A stretch of 35,944 nt of DNA from Candidatus Omnitrophota bacterium (GTDB lineage: Bacteria; Omnitrophota; Gorgyraeia; Gygaellales; Profunditerraquicolaceae): NCBI GenBank assembly GCA_028687345.1, contig JAQUAH010000002.1, forward strand, positions 1-35,944, given 5' to 3'. Positions 17,332 to 26,418 of the stretch are shown here, piece by piece. Every line of letters begins with the position of its first letter. The stretch's first letter is position 1. The notes beneath the pieces were generated by a model, which did not search any database, was not told the DNA's origin, and saw nothing but the letters and a program-made list of their open reading frames with translations. The position numbers and the translations under genes were made by a program.

Positions 17332-17349
17332 TCATTGAGGGGGTGATAT

Positions 17350-18438
17350 ATGATGTTGAATTTATCAGAGAATGCCTTAAAAGTTTTAGAGCGCAGGTAT
17401 TTAAAAAAGGATGAGCAGGGGAAATTAATTGAGACGCCGCAAGAGATGTTTCATAGGGTAGCCAAAGCAATTGCCAATGCGGATAAGCTTTATGGCAAAA
17501 GCGAGCAAGAGGTATTAAAGTTACAAGAGGCCTTTTATAACATTATGACTAATCTGGAATTTATGCCCAATTCGCCTGCCTTAATGAACGCAGGAAAAGA
17601 TTTAGGGCAACTCAGCGCCTGTTTCGTTCTGCCAATTGAAGATTCAATGGATTCTATATTTGAAAGCCTTAAGGCAACTGCTATGATACATAAATCCGGA
17701 GGGGGCACGGGATTTTCCTTCTCGCGACTGAGGCCAAAAAATTCAGTGGTGAGGACTACCGGCGGAATTGCCTCGGGGCCGGTTTCTTTTATGAAGGTTT
17801 ATGATGCGGCGACAGAGGCAGTAAAGCAGGGCGGTTCCCGTCGCGGAGCAAATATGGGCATCCTAAGGATAGACCACCCTGATATATTAGAATTTATTAC
17901 TGCTAAAGAAAACAATAAACAGATTACCAATTTCAATATCTCGGTGGCCATCACCGATGATTTTATGAAAAAATTAGAACTAGGCCAGGAATATGAATTA
18001 ATCGACCCCCATACCCACACAGTAGTCAAACGGCTTCATACAAAAGAAGTATTCGATTTGATTATAAAACAAGCGCACAAAAACGGAGAGCCGGGAGTTG
18101 TCTTTATTGACCGGATGAATGAATTTAATCCCACGCCAAAACTGGGTAAGTATGAGTCGACAAATCCCTGCGGAGAACAGGTACTCCTTCCTTATGAAAG
18201 CTGCGACCTGGGCTCAATAAATTTAAGCCTGATGTACAGGAAAATCAACAACTATTATGAAATTGATTGGGATAAATTAAAAGAGGTAACACAACTGGGC
18301 GTACATTTTTTAGACAATCTGATAGACGTCAACAAATTCCCCATCTCGCAGATAGAAAAGGCGACGAAATTAACGCGTAAGATTGGCCTGGGAGTAATGG
18401 GTTGGGCAAGCCTCTTGATCCGTTTAAGGATACCTTAA
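17350..18438 (+). CDS. nrdJ: adenosylcobalamin-dependent (class II) ribonucleotide reductase, N-terminal part ending at an in-frame TAA
   Basis: Typical class II RNR N-terminus [18 protein letters not shown] and active-site region [21 protein letters not shown]. Ends ...[17 protein letters not shown] in the middle of a conserved block. Confidence 0.9.
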   Translation: MMLNLSENALKVLERRYLKKDEQGKLIETPQEMFHRVAKAIANADKLYGKSEQEVLKLQEAFYNIMTNLEFMPNSPALMNAGKDLGQLSACFVLPIEDSMDSIFESLKATAMIHKSGGGTGFSFSRLRPKNSVVRTTGGIASGPVSFMKVYDAATEAVKQGGSRRGANMGILRIDHPDILEFITAKENNKQITNFNISVAITDDFMKKLELGQEYELIDPHTHTVVKRLHTKEVFDLIIKQAHKNGEPGVVFIDRMNEFNPTPKLGKYESTNPCGEQVLLPYESCDLGSINLSLMYRKINNYYEIDWDKLKEVTQLGVHFLDNLIDVNKFPISQIEKATKLTRKIGLGVMGWASLLIRLRIP

Positions 18439-18474
18439 AACAGCGAGGAGGCAGTTGCCCTAGCTGAAAAGGTT

Positions 18475-19647
18475 ATGTCTTTCATCTTAAATGAGGCCAC
18501 CAAGAAATCATTGCAGTTGGCAAAGGAAAAAGGCGTATTCCCAGCCTTTAAAGGCAGTATTTATGATAAAAAAGAAGGCGTAATGAAGATACGTAATGCC
18601 ACCCTTACTACCATTGCTCCTACCGGCACTATTAGCATAATTGCCGGGCCTTGCTCTTCGGGCATTGAGCCTTTATTTGCCATCTCTTATTATCGTAACG
18701 TCATGGATAATGACAAACTAGTGGAAGTAGATCCTCTCTTTGAAGAGCTTGCCAAAGATAGAAGATTCTATAGCCGGGAATTGATGGAGAAAATCGCCGA
18801 GAAACCTTCTATTCAGGATATTGAAGGCATCCCGGATGATATAAAGAGGATATTTGTCACTGCTCATGATATTTCTCCCGAATGGCATGTGCGCATGCAG
18901 GCGGCATTTCAGAGATATGTGCATAACGCTACCTCTAAAACTATAAACTTTCCCCATGAAGCAACCCTGGATGATGTAAGAAAAGCGTATATGCTGGCTT
19001 ATGAATTAGGGTGCAAAGGCATCACCATCTATCGTGACAGGAGCCGCGAAGAGCAGGTGCTTAATACCGGTCAAGCTCCAAAGACAATGCAGGAACAAAA
19101 AGTTACAGGAGAAAAAAGAGAAATCGCACCGCGGCCCAGGCCGGAAGTAATTATCGGCACGACTACAAAAGTTTCTACCGGCTGTGGGAATCTTTACGTT
19201 ACCATAAATGTAGACGAAGCAGACAGGCCTTTTGAGCTTTTTACCCAGATGGGTAAGGCAGGAGGTTGCGCTGCCTCACAGCTTGAGGCAATCGGAAGGT
19301 TAGTATCTCTGGGATTCCGCTCAGGGATTGAAGTTAAATCTATTATCGAGCAGTTACGCAACATACGCTGCCCCAGCCCTTCTTGGGAGAAAGGCCAGCG
19401 GATATTTTCTTGCGCTGACGCTATTGCCCGCGTAATCGAAAAAAGATTAATCAACAAACAAACAAAGGCATCTGTAGAGGCTACGGTAGTGGCGATGAAG
19501 CACTCGCATGAAGAAGAGCATATCGCTTCAGACGTTGAACTCGGACATCATGCCGACATAGTCGGAGTTTGCCCTGATTGCGGAGGGGCACTACGCCACG
19601 AAGAAGGTTGTATTAAGTGCCATGCCTGCGGTTTTTCTAAGTGCTGA
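18475..19647 (+). CDS. nrdJ: class II ribonucleotide reductase, C-terminal part (same frame as 17350-18438)
   Basis: Same reading frame as the N-terminal part. The 12 codons between the TAA and ATG 18475 read NSEEAVALAEKV and continue the protein. Contains TIAPTGTISIIAG and the C-terminal Cys cluster CPDCGG...CIKCHACG typical of NrdJ. Confidence 0.9.
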   Translation: MSFILNEATKKSLQLAKEKGVFPAFKGSIYDKKEGVMKIRNATLTTIAPTGTISIIAGPCSSGIEPLFAISYYRNVMDNDKLVEVDPLFEELAKDRRFYSRELMEKIAEKPSIQDIEGIPDDIKRIFVTAHDISPEWHVRMQAAFQRYVHNATSKTINFPHEATLDDVRKAYMLAYELGCKGITIYRDRSREEQVLNTGQAPKTMQEQKVTGEKREIAPRPRPEVIIGTTTKVSTGCGNLYVTINVDEADRPFELFTQMGKAGGCAASQLEAIGRLVSLGFRSGIEVKSIIEQLRNIRCPSPSWEKGQRIFSCADAIARVIEKRLINKQTKASVEATVVAMKHSHEEEHIASDVELGHHADIVGVCPDCGGALRHEEGCIKCHACGFSKC

Positions 19648-20930
19648 TGAAAAAAATACTCTATATTGTTCTTGATGGCCTTGGTGACCTGCCCATTCCT
19701 GAATTAAACAACAAAACCCCTCTTGAGGCGGCACTTACGCCCAATCTTGACCGCCTGGCCCAGAAAGGTAAAACCGGTTTAGTCTACCCTGTAGCACGCG
19801 GTATAGCGCCTGAGTCAGATATTGCGGTGATTAGCCTTTTAGGTTACGACGCGCATAAGTATTATACCGGCAGGGGTCCCCTTGAATCTTTTGCCGAGGG
19901 CTTAAGAGTGAATGACGGGGATGTAGCGCTGCGTGTTAATTTTGCCACTGTGTTAGATGACGCAAAGACGATTAAAGACCGCCGCGTGGGAAGGAATTTA
20001 AGCACGCAAGAGGCTGACGCCTTAGCTAAAGAAATAAACTCCAAAGTCACTTTATCAAGCGCAACTTTTGAGTTTAAAAATACAATAGGGCACAGGGGGG
20101 TGCTGGTAATCAGGGGCATGCATAATAAATTATCCGGTTGGATTACCAATACAGACCCAGCTTATGATAGAGAAGGGGTTTTTGGGGTAGCCAAAGAGAA
20201 ATTCGAAAATTTCGTCGCGGTATCCACTCCCATGCCGGGTTATGAAGAAAAAATTGAAGCAAAAGATGCTGCTGTAAGCCTAAATGAATTTACACAAAAG
20301 TCGCACAAAGTTTTAACTGATTCAGCAGTGAATAAAAAAAGAATTTCTGAAGGAAAACTTGCCGCAAATATCATCCTCTCGCGTGATGCCGGAGACCATC
20401 TTCCTGAATTTCCCCAAATTAATTCCCTTTATAACCTAAAATTTGGCTCATTTGTCGAGATGCCGGTTGAGCGCGGGATTGCCCTTTTAACTGGTATGGA
20501 TATTATTGCTGTGCCTTCATCTTCCGGCCACCTGGACGTGGATTATCCGGTTTGGGCTAAGATTGCCCTGGATTCAATTGATAAATATGACGGTATTTAC
20601 GTGCACATCAAAGGCCCTGATGAGCCGGCGCATGATGGGAATTTTGCGAAAAAGAAAGATATTATCGAGGCAATAGATAAATTCTTTTTCACTAATCTCC
20701 TGCTTAAACTGGATATGGCTAATACTGTTATTGCGGTGACTGCAGACCATTCCACGGTATGCTCCATGAAAGCCCACTCCAGCGACCCTGTGCCTTTATT
20801 AATTTCAGGCGGGGATACCTTGCCTGACGGCTCGCTAAGTTTTTCAGAAAAAGCAGCCTCGCTTGGCTCGATAGGCGAAATTAAAGGCCAAGATATTATG
20901 CCCCTTCTCGTAAAATCCTCCCAGCAATAG
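19647..20930 (+). CDS. apgM: cofactor-independent phosphoglycerate mutase, archaeal-type (ApgM / alkaline-phosphatase superfamily)
   Basis: MKKILYIVLDGLGD N-terminus, HIKGPDEPAHDG and TADHST metal-site motifs. TGATG overlap with the nrdJ stop. The ORF track start GTG 19641 is also possible. Confidence 0.8.
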   Translation: MKKILYIVLDGLGDLPIPELNNKTPLEAALTPNLDRLAQKGKTGLVYPVARGIAPESDIAVISLLGYDAHKYYTGRGPLESFAEGLRVNDGDVALRVNFATVLDDAKTIKDRRVGRNLSTQEADALAKEINSKVTLSSATFEFKNTIGHRGVLVIRGMHNKLSGWITNTDPAYDREGVFGVAKEKFENFVAVSTPMPGYEEKIEAKDAAVSLNEFTQKSHKVLTDSAVNKKRISEGKLAANIILSRDAGDHLPEFPQINSLYNLKFGSFVEMPVERGIALLTGMDIIAVPSSSGHLDVDYPVWAKIALDSIDKYDGIYVHIKGPDEPAHDGNFAKKKDIIEAIDKFFFTNLLLKLDMANTVIAVTADHSTVCSMKAHSSDPVPLLISGGDTLPDGSLSFSEKAASLGSIGEIKGQDIMPLLVKSSQQ

Positions 20931-21598
20931 GGACGGTTCTCGATTTGTTCGTGGGACGGTTCTGAAATCAATCGTAAGAGTGTCCCTTACTCCTACATCA
21001 AATTATTGGATCATCTAAAATATTTTTACCTTGATTTAGGCAGCGATTGTAACTGGTCCAAGAATACTTCGTAATGTTATCTACTAAATCAGCTCTGATC
21101 GGATTTAGTTCAATATAGTTTATACAATCCAAAAGATATGCATCCCTATGGATAACTTTGCTCAAGAATCTATCTTGCCAGAGATGTCCCACTTTCTTGT
21201 ATTTGGAATTAAAATATGAAGTATAAACTTGATTTACTCCTTTCATAATCCTACTTAATATCTTCGATTCGCTAACTTCGATTATGAGATGGACATGGTT
21301 GGGCATCAGACAATAACAGTAAAGCTTAAATTTATATTTCCTTTTGTATTTAGTTAAAATATCCAAATATATCTCATAATCATGCAAATCCCTAAAAACT
21401 AATTGTTTTTGGTTTCCCCTTGTGATAATATGATAACATCCATTATCGATAGTAAACCTTGCTGTTCTTGGCATACTCATCACCTCCTAACACAATAGAC
21501 GCATAGATTATTAATCTCTAACAGAAAAGTGTTGCTACAGGGACACACTCTGCTTCAAGTTGAGGGACACACCTTGATTTGAATCCAGAACCGTCCCT
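20930..21598 (-). mobile_element. RAYT gene with flanking inverted REP-like units (REP/RAYT unit)
   Basis: Left flank: GGGACGGTTCT at 20930 and 20953, plus AGAGTGTCCC at 20977. Right flank: GGGACACACTCT at 21541, GGGACACACC at 21565, AGAACCGTCCC at 21588. A ~34-nt unit GGGACAC..TTGATTT..CAGAACCGTCCC is present in inverted orientation at 20953-20986 and 21565-21598. The interior is clearly more AT-rich than its neighbours. Confidence 0.7.
20998..21474 (-). CDS. REP-associated tyrosine transposase (RAYT; IS200/IS605-like Y1 HUH transposase)
   Basis: HUH motif in LMPNHVHLII. Catalytic-Tyr region INYIELNPIRADLV. AGGAGG lies 8 nt upstream of ATG 21474. The ORF track start 21483 is a GTG that overlaps the RBS. 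Confidence 0.85.
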   Translation of the reverse strand: MPRTARFTIDNGCYHIITRGNQKQLVFRDLHDYEIYLDILTKYKRKYKFKLYCYCLMPNHVHLIIEVSESKILSRIMKGVNQVYTSYFNSKYKKVGHLWQDRFLSKVIHRDAYLLDCINYIELNPIRADLVDNITKYSWTSYNRCLNQGKNILDDPII

Positions 21599-21606
21599 AA
21601 TTAAAG

Positions 21607-23484
21607 ATGAATGATTATGATGTTATAGTTATTGGCGCAGGGCATGCGGGTATTGAGGCAAGCCTTGCCTCCAGCCGTATGGGTGCTAAGACCGTGCTCC
21701 TTACCTTAAAAAAAGATACCATCGGACTGATGAGCTGCAATCCGGCAATCGGAGGTGTGGGCAAGGGCCAGCTGGTTAAGGAGATAGATGCCCTGGGCGG
21801 CCAAATGGCGCTGGCAGCAGATGCCTGCGGCATGCAATTTAGAATACTCAATGCCTCCAAGGGGCCTGCAGTGCAATCTTCCCGCGCACAGATAGATTTA
21901 GAGATGTATAAAAAGTATATGCGTGGCGTTATTGAAACCCAAAAAAATCTATTCACGAGGGAAGCTGAGGTGAAGAAATTAATCGTTGAGGGTAATCAGG
22001 TAAAGGGCGTAATAACGGATAAGAATGAAGAGATTTTATCAAGCGCAGTAGTTATCTGTCCGGGGACTTTTTTAGACGGGTTAATCCATGTCGGCTTGAA
22101 TCATTTTAGCGCAGGTAGAATTAATGAGCCTGCCTCAATAGGCTTGGCGAATAATTTAAAAGATTTAGGATTCCGGTTGCTTAGATTCAAAACCGGGACC
22201 TGTCCGCGGCTGGATAAGAATTCGATAGATTTTTCTCTTCTCACAGTCCAGAAAGGGGATGAGCCGCCTAAGTCATTTTCCTTTTCTACCCGGGAACTCA
22301 AAACAAAACAAATTCCATGTTACATTACCTATACCAACAAAAATACCCATAAGATAATCCGTAACAATTTAGACCGCTCTCCGCTCTATACCGGATTGAT
22401 TAAGGCAGCGGGGGTTAGATACTGCCCTTCCATAGAGGATAAAATCGTAAAATTTAGCGATAAGGAAAGGCACCAGGTATTTCTGGAGCCGCAAGGCTAT
22501 GAAACTAATGAAATTTATCCCAATGGATTATCTACCAGCTTGCCTGAAGACGCGCAATTGGAGATTCTGCATTCAATCAAGGGATTAGAAGAAGTTAAGG
22601 TAATCCGCTTTGGATACGGGATAGAACATACAGTTGTAGAGCCTACTCAAGCTTATCCGACTCTTGAAACAAAGTTAATCAAGAATCTTTACCTTGCCGG
22701 ACAAATCAACGGGACTACCGGCTATGAAGAGGCAGCAGCGCAAGGCCTGGTTGCCGGGATTAATGCGGGTTTGCGTATTAGAGGCGAGGCTGCCTTAGTC
22801 TTAGAGCGCTCCAATAGCTATATAGGGGTACTACTGGACGATTTAACTACCAAAGGCACCTCTGAGCCATATCGCATGTTTACCTCGCGTGTAGAGTATC
22901 GCCTCATTTTACGGGAAGACAATGCAGACATGCGTTTAAGAAAGATTGGTTTTGATTTGGGCCTGGTAAGCCGCAAAGATTACGAAAAGACGCAGGAAAA
23001 GGTGGAGGCAGTTAGAGAGGCGATAGCGCTTCTAAAGAAGACCAGAGTTGAGCCAAGCGTAAGCCTCAATACCCAGTTAATCAATCTAAAAACAGCGCCG
23101 ATAAAAAAGGTTTTGACTTTGGAAGAACTTTTAAAGCGGCCACAGGTAAATTTAGAAAGCTTGAAAAATATTGAACATCTCAGGATCAATATTCCGGAAT
23201 TTGCTTTGCAACAAGTAGAAATAGAGGTAAAATATTCTGGTTTTATCCAAAGGCAACTAAGGGATGTGGAGAAGTTTAAGAATTTAGAGAGAATAAAACT
23301 GCCTGCTTTAGATTATACACTCATACCCGGGCTTTCGCGGGAGATAAAAGAAAAATTGAGTAAATTTAAACCCCTGAATTTAGGGCAGGCATCGCGGATT
23401 TCCGGAGTTACGCCGGCAGCAATTTCCCTTTTAATGGTTTACCTGAGGAAAGTAAACGAAACCCAAACTTACAGGACAAAGTGA
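21607..23484 (+). CDS. mnmG: tRNA uridine 5-carboxymethylaminomethyl modification enzyme MnmG (GidA)
   Basis: FAD-binding N-terminus YDVIVIGAGHAGIEA, SCNPAIGG, GQINGTTGYEEAAAQG. Length is typical at 625 aa. Confidence 0.95.
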   Translation: MNDYDVIVIGAGHAGIEASLASSRMGAKTVLLTLKKDTIGLMSCNPAIGGVGKGQLVKEIDALGGQMALAADACGMQFRILNASKGPAVQSSRAQIDLEMYKKYMRGVIETQKNLFTREAEVKKLIVEGNQVKGVITDKNEEILSSAVVICPGTFLDGLIHVGLNHFSAGRINEPASIGLANNLKDLGFRLLRFKTGTCPRLDKNSIDFSLLTVQKGDEPPKSFSFSTRELKTKQIPCYITYTNKNTHKIIRNNLDRSPLYTGLIKAAGVRYCPSIEDKIVKFSDKERHQVFLEPQGYETNEIYPNGLSTSLPEDAQLEILHSIKGLEEVKVIRFGYGIEHTVVEPTQAYPTLETKLIKNLYLAGQINGTTGYEEAAAQGLVAGINAGLRIRGEAALVLERSNSYIGVLLDDLTTKGTSEPYRMFTSRVEYRLILREDNADMRLRKIGFDLGLVSRKDYEKTQEKVEAVREAIALLKKTRVEPSVSLNTQLINLKTAPIKKVLTLEELLKRPQVNLESLKNIEHLRINIPEFALQQVEIEVKYSGFIQRQLRDVEKFKNLERIKLPALDYTLIPGLSREIKEKLSKFKPLNLGQASRISGVTPAAISLLMVYLRKVNETQTYRTK

Positions 23485-24149
23485 ACAAAAATTATCTCGA
23501 CCTTAAAAAATTCTGCTTAGGGGTAGGGGCAGATTTATTCGGTGTTGCGGACATAAACAAGATAAAAAAAGATTTTATGCTCCAGCCCCATATTTTAGAA
23601 AAAGTTGATAAAGCAGTTTGCTTAGGAATAAGATTATCCAGCTCAATACTTGAAGAAATCACTGATGCGCCGACGAGGTTATATTCCCATCATTACCGCA
23701 CAGTTAATGCCGTGCTAGACCAGATAGCACTTAAGGCAGCTAATTACATACAAAAAAAAGGCTTTCGCGCTCTACCTATCCCAGCTTCGCAGCTAGTGGA
23801 TTGGCAGAACCAGAAGGCGCACCTTTCGCATAAAAGAATAGGTTTTCTGGCGGGATTGGGTTGGATAGGCAGGAATAACCTGCTGGTTAACAAAAATCTC
23901 GGTGCACAATTGCGGCTTGTTTCCATTCTCACAGATATGCCCCTGAAGATTGATGAGCCGGTTAAACAGGATTGCGCAGGGTGCCGCCTTTGTATTAAGG
24001 TATGCCCGAGCCAGGCAATAAAAGAAAGCCCTTCTGATTTCGACCACAAAAAATGTTTTGAAAAATTAAAGGATTTTCAGAAACAACACCTTGTGGAGCA
24101 GTGTATCTGCGGCGTCTGCGTTAACGTTTGCAAGGGGCGAAAGAATTAA
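23481..24149 (+). CDS. QueG-like (epoxyqueuosine reductase-related) 4Fe-4S protein, short form
   Basis: GTGA overlap with the mnmG stop. Core GFLAGLGWIGRNNLLVNKNLGAQLRLVSILTD resembles QueG. Ferredoxin motifs CAGCRLCIKVCP and CGVCVNVC. Much shorter than canonical QueG. Confidence 0.65.
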   Translation: MNKNYLDLKKFCLGVGADLFGVADINKIKKDFMLQPHILEKVDKAVCLGIRLSSSILEEITDAPTRLYSHHYRTVNAVLDQIALKAANYIQKKGFRALPIPASQLVDWQNQKAHLSHKRIGFLAGLGWIGRNNLLVNKNLGAQLRLVSILTDMPLKIDEPVKQDCAGCRLCIKVCPSQAIKESPSDFDHKKCFEKLKDFQKQHLVEQCICGVCVNVCKGRKN

Positions 24150-25133
24150 ATGATGTATTTATTATTGGTTTTTATAGTTTTATTAATGGCTGCTGCGGTT
24201 GGCTGGTCAATCGGCGCTAATGACGCTGCCAATTCCGTGGGTACTGCTGTCGGCTCAAAGGTATTAACCTTAAGGCAGGCGATTATTCTCATTGTCATAT
24301 TTGGATTCCTGGGCGCATTTTTGCAGGGTTCTTATGTTACCAAGACCATTGGCAAGGGTATCGTTCCGATTAATGAGTTGGATAAAAATCTCGCTTTATA
24401 TTTAGCAGTTGTGGCGACATTTTCCGCCTGCGCCTGGGTAGTCTTAGCTACCTATTGGAAGATGCCCATTTCTACCAGCCACTCTATCGTGGGAGCAGTA
24501 GCCGGAGCAGGCCTTGCTATAAATGCTGCGGTTAATTGGAGAGTGCTTTTTGATATTTTTATCTGTTGGATTTTTACGCCTATAGGTGCTGCTATTTTAG
24601 GATATATCTTTTACCGGATCTTAAAGAATTTATTTTATAGAATTATTAACCGAAAATATCTAAGAGTAATTATAGCGATACTTATCATTTTGAGCGGCTG
24701 TTATGTAGCCTATTCCTGGGGGGCTAATGATGTGGCAAATGCCACAGGCGTGATTGCCGGCGTTGGGATACTTACCCCGCACATGAGTGTTGTCTTTGGC
24801 GGATTGGCAATAGTATTGGGTATTATGACCTGGGGGTATAAAGTCATAGAGACGATAGGCTCTGAGATAACTCATCTCTTGCCGATCATGGCCTTATCGG
24901 CACAGTTAGCCAGCGCGATTAATGTGCATATCTATACTGTTTTCGGGATACCCGTCTCTACCAGCCATTCTATCGTAGGCGCCATTTTTGGCGTAGGTTT
25001 AGTCAGGGGGGCGAGGGTAATCAATTTGCGTATCGTAAAAGATATGGCCCTTTGTTGGCTGGCCACCCCCTTTATTTCCGGGGCCATTAGTTTTTTGATT
25101 TTAAAAGTTATCACTATCGTTATTAAAATATAA
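24150..25133 (+). CDS. pit: inorganic phosphate transporter, PiT family
   Basis: Duplicated PHO4 signature GANDAANSVGTAVGS and GANDVANATGVIAG. Polytopic membrane profile. Confidence 0.9.
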   Translation: MMYLLLVFIVLLMAAAVGWSIGANDAANSVGTAVGSKVLTLRQAIILIVIFGFLGAFLQGSYVTKTIGKGIVPINELDKNLALYLAVVATFSACAWVVLATYWKMPISTSHSIVGAVAGAGLAINAAVNWRVLFDIFICWIFTPIGAAILGYIFYRILKNLFYRIINRKYLRVIIAILIILSGCYVAYSWGANDVANATGVIAGVGILTPHMSVVFGGLAIVLGIMTWGYKVIETIGSEITHLLPIMALSAQLASAINVHIYTVFGIPVSTSHSIVGAIFGVGLVRGARVINLRIVKDMALCWLATPFISGAISFLILKVITIVIKI

Positions 25134-25148
25134 GAAGGAGGTATAAAA

Positions 25149-25817
25149 ATGAGAGAAATCAGGAATATTTTAGGATGGCTCGGAATGGCAGAAGAGCGCG
25201 CTATTCTTGTGGATGCCCAGAGCCATGTGGAAGAAACCTACAAAACAGTTAATTATTTCTCGGAAGCAGTCAAGGCGTTTATTCGGGGAGACCTTAGTGC
25301 CAAGTCAGTAGCAATTGACAATGTCAGGGAAAGCGAGCACCAGGCGGATTTATTACGTTCTAAAATGGTCAAGGAGCTTTCTGAAGGGCTGCTTCTTCCT
25401 CCGGACAGGGAGGACCTGATGCATTTTGTAAAGACGCTGGATAAGATTGCCGATTGGACTAACGGGGCGGCCAGAATATTGGGTTTTATTGAACACAAAC
25501 TGCCGGATAATATCTTAAAAAATATATCTACTGCCACAGACTTAATCTTTACTTCGATATCCAAACTTAAAGAAGGTATCCAGGCGATTACCAAGAACGA
25601 CCTGAAAAAAGCGCTCCTGGACTGCGAGGATGTTGACCGTATTGAACATGAAGCAGACGACCAGAAAAAACTTTTAATCGAATCAATTATACATGCAAGG
25701 CTTGAGCCGACCAGCCTATTATTAAGTTATCAGTTAGCCGAATACATGGAGGGGGTTACAGACAAGATAGAAGATGCCGCTGATTTCATTAAAGTTATAG
25801 CCATAAAATCAAAGTAA
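25149..25817 (+). CDS. DUF47 / PhoU-like putative phosphate-transport regulator (Pit accessory protein)
   Basis: GAAGGAGG RBS. All-helical 222-aa protein with the duplicated pattern E..AD..........L....DRED / EHEADD typical of DUF47 proteins found next to pit. Confidence 0.8.
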   Translation: MREIRNILGWLGMAEERAILVDAQSHVEETYKTVNYFSEAVKAFIRGDLSAKSVAIDNVRESEHQADLLRSKMVKELSEGLLLPPDREDLMHFVKTLDKIADWTNGAARILGFIEHKLPDNILKNISTATDLIFTSISKLKEGIQAITKNDLKKALLDCEDVDRIEHEADDQKKLLIESIIHARLEPTSLLLSYQLAEYMEGVTDKIEDAADFIKVIAIKSK

Positions 25818-25843
25818 TCTCCATGGCGCAAATCAATATTTTC

Positions 25844-25871
25844 TTGACCCTTTAAGAAATTATGGTATTAT
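25844..25871 (+). promoter_or_regulatory. candidate extended -10 promoter for the receiver-domain gene
   Basis: TTGACC (25844-25849), 16-nt spacer ending in TGG, TATTAT (25866-25871). Confidence 0.4.
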
Positions 25872-25941
25872 ATAGAATAGGCATTTTAGAAAGCCCTGTG
25901 TTTATACCTATTCAACTATAAATACGTTAAAGGAGTAAAAA

Positions 25942-26346
25942 ATGGAAAATAATATAGAGAACATTAAATTGCTAATAGTTGATGATGAAGTAAAAATCTG
26001 CGATTTAGTCAAAACTATTCTGAGCAAGATGGGCTACACTGTTTTTACTGCTTTAAATACAGAAACAGCCATGGAAGCAGTAAAAAAAGAAAGGCCTAAC
26101 TTGGTGCTCCTGGATATCGGCATGGGCGCTGAATCAGGGCTGGATGTCTTACCTAAAATAAAAGAGTTCGATAAGAACATAAAGGTGGTTATGCTTACCG
26201 CCATGGAAGACGAAGAGAATATCCGTCAGTCTAAATCCTTGGGTGCCGATGATTATATGGTTAAGCCTCTTACAGCAGATTATCTTAAAAATGTTATCTA
26301 CCAGAAGTTATCATATATGATCGGCCGGCAGAAAGATAAAAAGTAG
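25942..26346 (+). CDS. single-domain response regulator (CheY-like receiver)
   Basis: LLIVDDE, phospho-acceptor context LVLLDIGMG, VVMLTA, YMVKP. No output domain and no adjacent histidine kinase. Confidence 0.85.
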   Translation: MENNIENIKLLIVDDEVKICDLVKTILSKMGYTVFTALNTETAMEAVKKERPNLVLLDIGMGAESGLDVLPKIKEFDKNIKVVMLTAMEDEENIRQSKSLGADDYMVKPLTADYLKNVIYQKLSYMIGRQKDKK

Positions 26347-26378
26347 AGATGCAATAGGAGGTAATTTATACACCGCTG

Positions 26379-26401
26379 CCCCCAAAAAGGGGGTATTTTT
26401 A
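26379..26401 (+). terminator. short intrinsic terminator after the receiver gene
   Basis: CCCCC-aaaaa-GGGGG followed by TATTTTTAT. Confidence 0.5.
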
Positions 26402-26418
26402 TTAGAGAGGGAGGGGAT

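Noticed and set aside
17185-17349. Cobalamin (AdoCbl) riboswitch in the nrdJ leader, tempting because NrdJ uses B12.
   Set aside because: I could not find anything resembling the conserved B12-box (GCCACTG-like core) or the multi-helix junction expected. The three hairpins are simple and sequential. This is left as an unknown leader rather than a named riboswitch.
17271-17414. A 47-aa ORF (MKNVKGQFAPFLAF...) in the nrdJ leader that overlaps the nrdJ start in another frame; also the 13-aa mini-ORF at 9238-9279.
   Set aside because: Neither has a properly spaced RBS. Both lie in hairpin arms whose sequence is explained by RNA structure. Their composition is not protein-like, and both are below any reasonable support threshold.
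18436-18438. The in-frame TAA in nrdJ as evidence for an alternative genetic code (TAA read as sense).
   Set aside because: Many other genes in the window terminate at TAA at positions that fit full-length proteins. Examples are the GH gene at 9149-9151, the binding protein at 10524-10526 and the ROK gene at 14815-14817. Genome-wide reassignment of TAA is therefore not supported.
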